Origin: Microcoleus sp.
GTDB lineage: Bacteria; Cyanobacteriota; Cyanobacteriia; Cyanobacteriales; Microcoleaceae
Assembly: GCA_052279835.1 (NCBI GenBank)
Contig: CP181291.1
Location: forward strand, 6,112,001 to 6,176,000
Direction: 5' to 3'
Length of the DNA stretch: 64,000 bases
This document shows, piece by piece, positions 61,720 through 64,000 of this stretch; positions within the stretch are counted from its first letter, which is position 1; every line of letters starts with the position of its first letter. Both the position numbers and the translations under genes were made by a program. The notes below the pieces were generated by a model that saw nothing but the letters and a program-made list of their open reading frames with translations, was not told the DNA's origin and made no database searches.

Positions 61720-62514
61720 GTGGTTAATTACAATCCACTCACCGCACAGCCACCTGAAGAGGTACCGTTGAAGGATGCACCTCTGATTCGAGTGATTGCA
61801 CAGGTGCGTTTTCCACCTATTCTCTCGATCGAGAAGAAAGATTTTGTGGGTTCATTTCAAGAGGCAATTAGAGAAAAATATCCTATCCTACAACCCGAAC
61901 AAACTCAAACTTTTGTCTTGGGGCCTCAAGGTGTTGTACAACCAACTCTTCAACTAACTTGGCGGTTCATAGATACAGCAGATAGCTGGCGCGTATCTTT
62001 AGCACCTAATTTTATGGCGCTTGAGACGACAGCTTATTCCAGCCGTGGTGATTTTTTGGAACGTTTAGAACATTTGCTTGTCGCATTTGAGCAAAGTTTT
62101 AATCCCCAAATTATTGAACGATTTGGATTGCGATATATCGACCGACTTATTGGTCAAGATTTGCAAGACATATCATCACTGGTCAAGCCTGAGATAGCCG
62201 GACTTATGACTGCTGAATTCATTGAAGATATTCATCAAACCGTTAATGAATCTTTGTTTGTAATTCCAAATGGAGGTGAGGAAATTATTGCAAGATGGGG
62301 ACTTCTGCCTGGTGGTGTAACTTTCACTCCAGATATTGAACCTGTTGCTGCATCTAGCTGGATGCTCGATATAGATATGTCCCTTTCAAAAAAACGAGAA
62401 TTCAGTATTAAAGAGTTGATGAGTGAAGGACGGTGTTTTGCTGAAAGGATTTATACTTTCTTCCGCTGGGCAGTAAAAGATGACTTTTTGCGGCGTTTTG
62501 GAGGTGAATTATGA
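61720..62514 (+). CDS. TIGR04255-like conserved hypothetical protein
   Basis: APLIRVIAQVRF, WRF, LETTAY, RFGLRYIDR, LDID, FRWAV pattern. Confidence 0.75.
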   Translation: MVNYNPLTAQPPEEVPLKDAPLIRVIAQVRFPPILSIEKKDFVGSFQEAIREKYPILQPEQTQTFVLGPQGVVQPTLQLTWRFIDTADSWRVSLAPNFMALETTAYSSRGDFLERLEHLLVAFEQSFNPQIIERFGLRYIDRLIGQDLQDISSLVKPEIAGLMTAEFIEDIHQTVNESLFVIPNGGEEIIARWGLLPGGVTFTPDIEPVAASSWMLDIDMSLSKKREFSIKELMSEGRCFAERIYTFFRWAVKDDFLRRFGGEL

Positions 62515-63194
62515 ACACTATGTTGAGTAAAAATCCTAATGAGCGATCGAGAACCTCTGCCCTGGGAGCTATGAAACATTCAGATACTCATTCATCTATT
62601 GGTTCTATAATTTCCCTAGTTAGTTCGGGCACAACTGCTTCTAGAGTAAGTGACGATCGAGGGTTGTTAGCTGCTTTAGACAGGACGACCAGTGGGATTA
62701 CTTTGCGAGCGACTGGCTCTCCAGAAGCAACGCAGAAATCTATTAGCGAATTGAGAAGATTAAGCGGGTTAACCTGGGAGCAGCTTGCTAAATTATTCAA
62801 TGTTTCACGCAGAAGCCTTCATTTTTGGGCAAGTGGGCAACCATTGTCTCGCTTTAATGAAGAACAGCTTAATCGACTGTTAGAGGCTATTCAATACATC
62901 GATAGAGGAAGTGCAAATCTCAATCGCAGTCTGTTACTGAAAGGCAGTAATGATAATCTATTTTTTGACCTACTCGTCGCAGGTAAATACGAGGAATTCA
63001 AGAAGATTGTTGGCTTTGGTAATGCGCCTCAAAAGCCACAATTAGGTTCTTTGTCTGAAGATGCACTTGTGGCACGTCGGCCTCAGAATCCAGCGACTCT
63101 GGTGGACGCTCTCCAAGAGCCTATCCATCGGGAGGTTGGACGATCAAGACCTGGTAGAGCAGCAAGGAGCCGAAAGAATAATAGTGGTCAATGA
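62511..63194 (+). CDS. XRE-type HTH protein with low-complexity N-terminus and basic C-tail
   Basis: ELRRLSGLTWEQLAKLFNVSRRSLHFWASG; ATGA overlap with the upstream gene. Confidence 0.8.
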   Translation: MNTMLSKNPNERSRTSALGAMKHSDTHSSIGSIISLVSSGTTASRVSDDRGLLAALDRTTSGITLRATGSPEATQKSISELRRLSGLTWEQLAKLFNVSRRSLHFWASGQPLSRFNEEQLNRLLEAIQYIDRGSANLNRSLLLKGSNDNLFFDLLVAGKYEEFKKIVGFGNAPQKPQLGSLSEDALVARRPQNPATLVDALQEPIHREVGRSRPGRAARSRKNNSGQ

Positions 63195-64000
63195 TCATCG
63201 TGATGTTGGGATTCAGACGGTAGACACTGCTCTAAAAGAGTGGTGTCAGGGTGATTGTGTGCTTGGAGAACATTGGTTTGTCCATCGCTTTAATCCTCAG
63301 CGCCCTTTGACATCTGACTCTGCTGAGGTTGCACAAGCAGAAACTGATCTTGCAGAATCTGAGGTTAAGGGTTTTGCCGTAGTTACACAAACCTGCGATA
63401 TTGTTCGCACTTGTGACAAGCGTCCATTTGTTGAAGTCGTACCTCTTGTGGAGGTCGATAGAATAAAGTTGCATGACATTCAACGAAGTAAACAGCCTCA
63501 ATATGCTTATATTCCTGGAACCGCAGAACTTAATCTTGTCGCTGATCTTGATCGTGTAATGACAGTAGAAAAGGCTGTTGTGGCAGAATGGGAACGCAAA
63601 CCAGGATGTCTTAACGATGAGGAGATTAGGCAACTTGGGCAAGCACTGAAACGAAAGCGTGCTCGATTTGCTTTCCCTGACGACTTCACTGACTTTGCTA
63701 TAAATCTCCAAAAGAAGCTACGCGATAAGCATAATAAATCCTCCCCTGAAGGAGAAGCTCTTCGCGCTTTACGTGAGATTAGAGTGCGCGCAGAACCTTC
63801 ATGGAATAGCTGTGAAATCGGATTAATGTTTTGGTTTATCCGGGACGAGGAACCGAATCAGTTTGAGGGAATAAGATGGGATCAGTATCTAGAACAGTGG
63901 TTGAAATTAATCCCTGAATCTGGACGATTCCAAAATGTGGAGGGTTCGGTAGTAGCTTTGGAAGACATGACAGCAAAGGAGTATGTTGAGAGTGATCAGC
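63184..64000 (+). CDS. Hypothetical protein with MazF/PemK-like N-terminal pattern; runs off the window (not in the ORF track)
   Basis: Open frame from GTG 63184: MVNDHRDVGIQTVDTALKEWCQGD...FAVVTQTCDIVRTCDKRPFVEVVPL...VADLDRVMTVEK...KRARFAFPDDF...EYVESDQ. Confidence 0.75.
   Translation, partial: MVNDHRDVGIQTVDTALKEWCQGDCVLGEHWFVHRFNPQRPLTSDSAEVAQAETDLAESEVKGFAVVTQTCDIVRTCDKRPFVEVVPLVEVDRIKLHDIQRSKQPQYAYIPGTAELNLVADLDRVMTVEKAVVAEWERKPGCLNDEEIRQLGQALKRKRARFAFPDDFTDFAINLQKKLRDKHNKSSPEGEALRALREIRVRAEPSWNSCEIGLMFWFIRDEEPNQFEGIRWDQYLEQWLKLIPESGRFQNVEGSVVALEDMTAKEYVESDQ

Noticed and set aside
63232..63711. 159-aa minus-strand ORF
   Set aside because: Antisense to the longer, operon-coupled plus-strand ORF starting at 63184

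Overview
This is a 64-kb chromosomal window from a filamentous cyanobacterium. The Oscillatoriales/Microcoleus-like assignment is an inference from abundant HIP1 GCGATCGC, heptamer tandem repeats, REP-like palindromes, petB/petD, psaM and ctpA. Core genes are the cobA-hemD fusion, hpt, leuS, cysH, rpoZ, tRNA-Pro(GGG), petBD, ctpA, psaM and a probable Yfr2 sRNA. Accessory content includes two giant multidomain glycosyltransferases, a cheY-cheW-MCP-cheA-cheW operon, a TnpB-only IS200/IS605 element and a 3' island. The MCP has an ethylene-receptor-like membrane domain plus about 10 PAS domains. The 3' island holds an aadB-like nucleotidyltransferase, an HDAC, an MNT with a truncated HEPN partner, and a TIGR04255-HTH-MazF-like operon running off the end. 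The best candidate for an undescribed system is at 37.3-43.9 kb. Two otherwise unrelated proteins there share a TKIWxGxG N-terminus and Gly-Glu-X triplet repeats, and carry an identical 21-bp tandem-repeat box at the same promoter position. They flank a PiuC/PKHD-type Fe(II)/2OG hydroxylase and sit next to an OmpR-family two-component pair. All family assignments come from motif recognition by eye; no searches were run.
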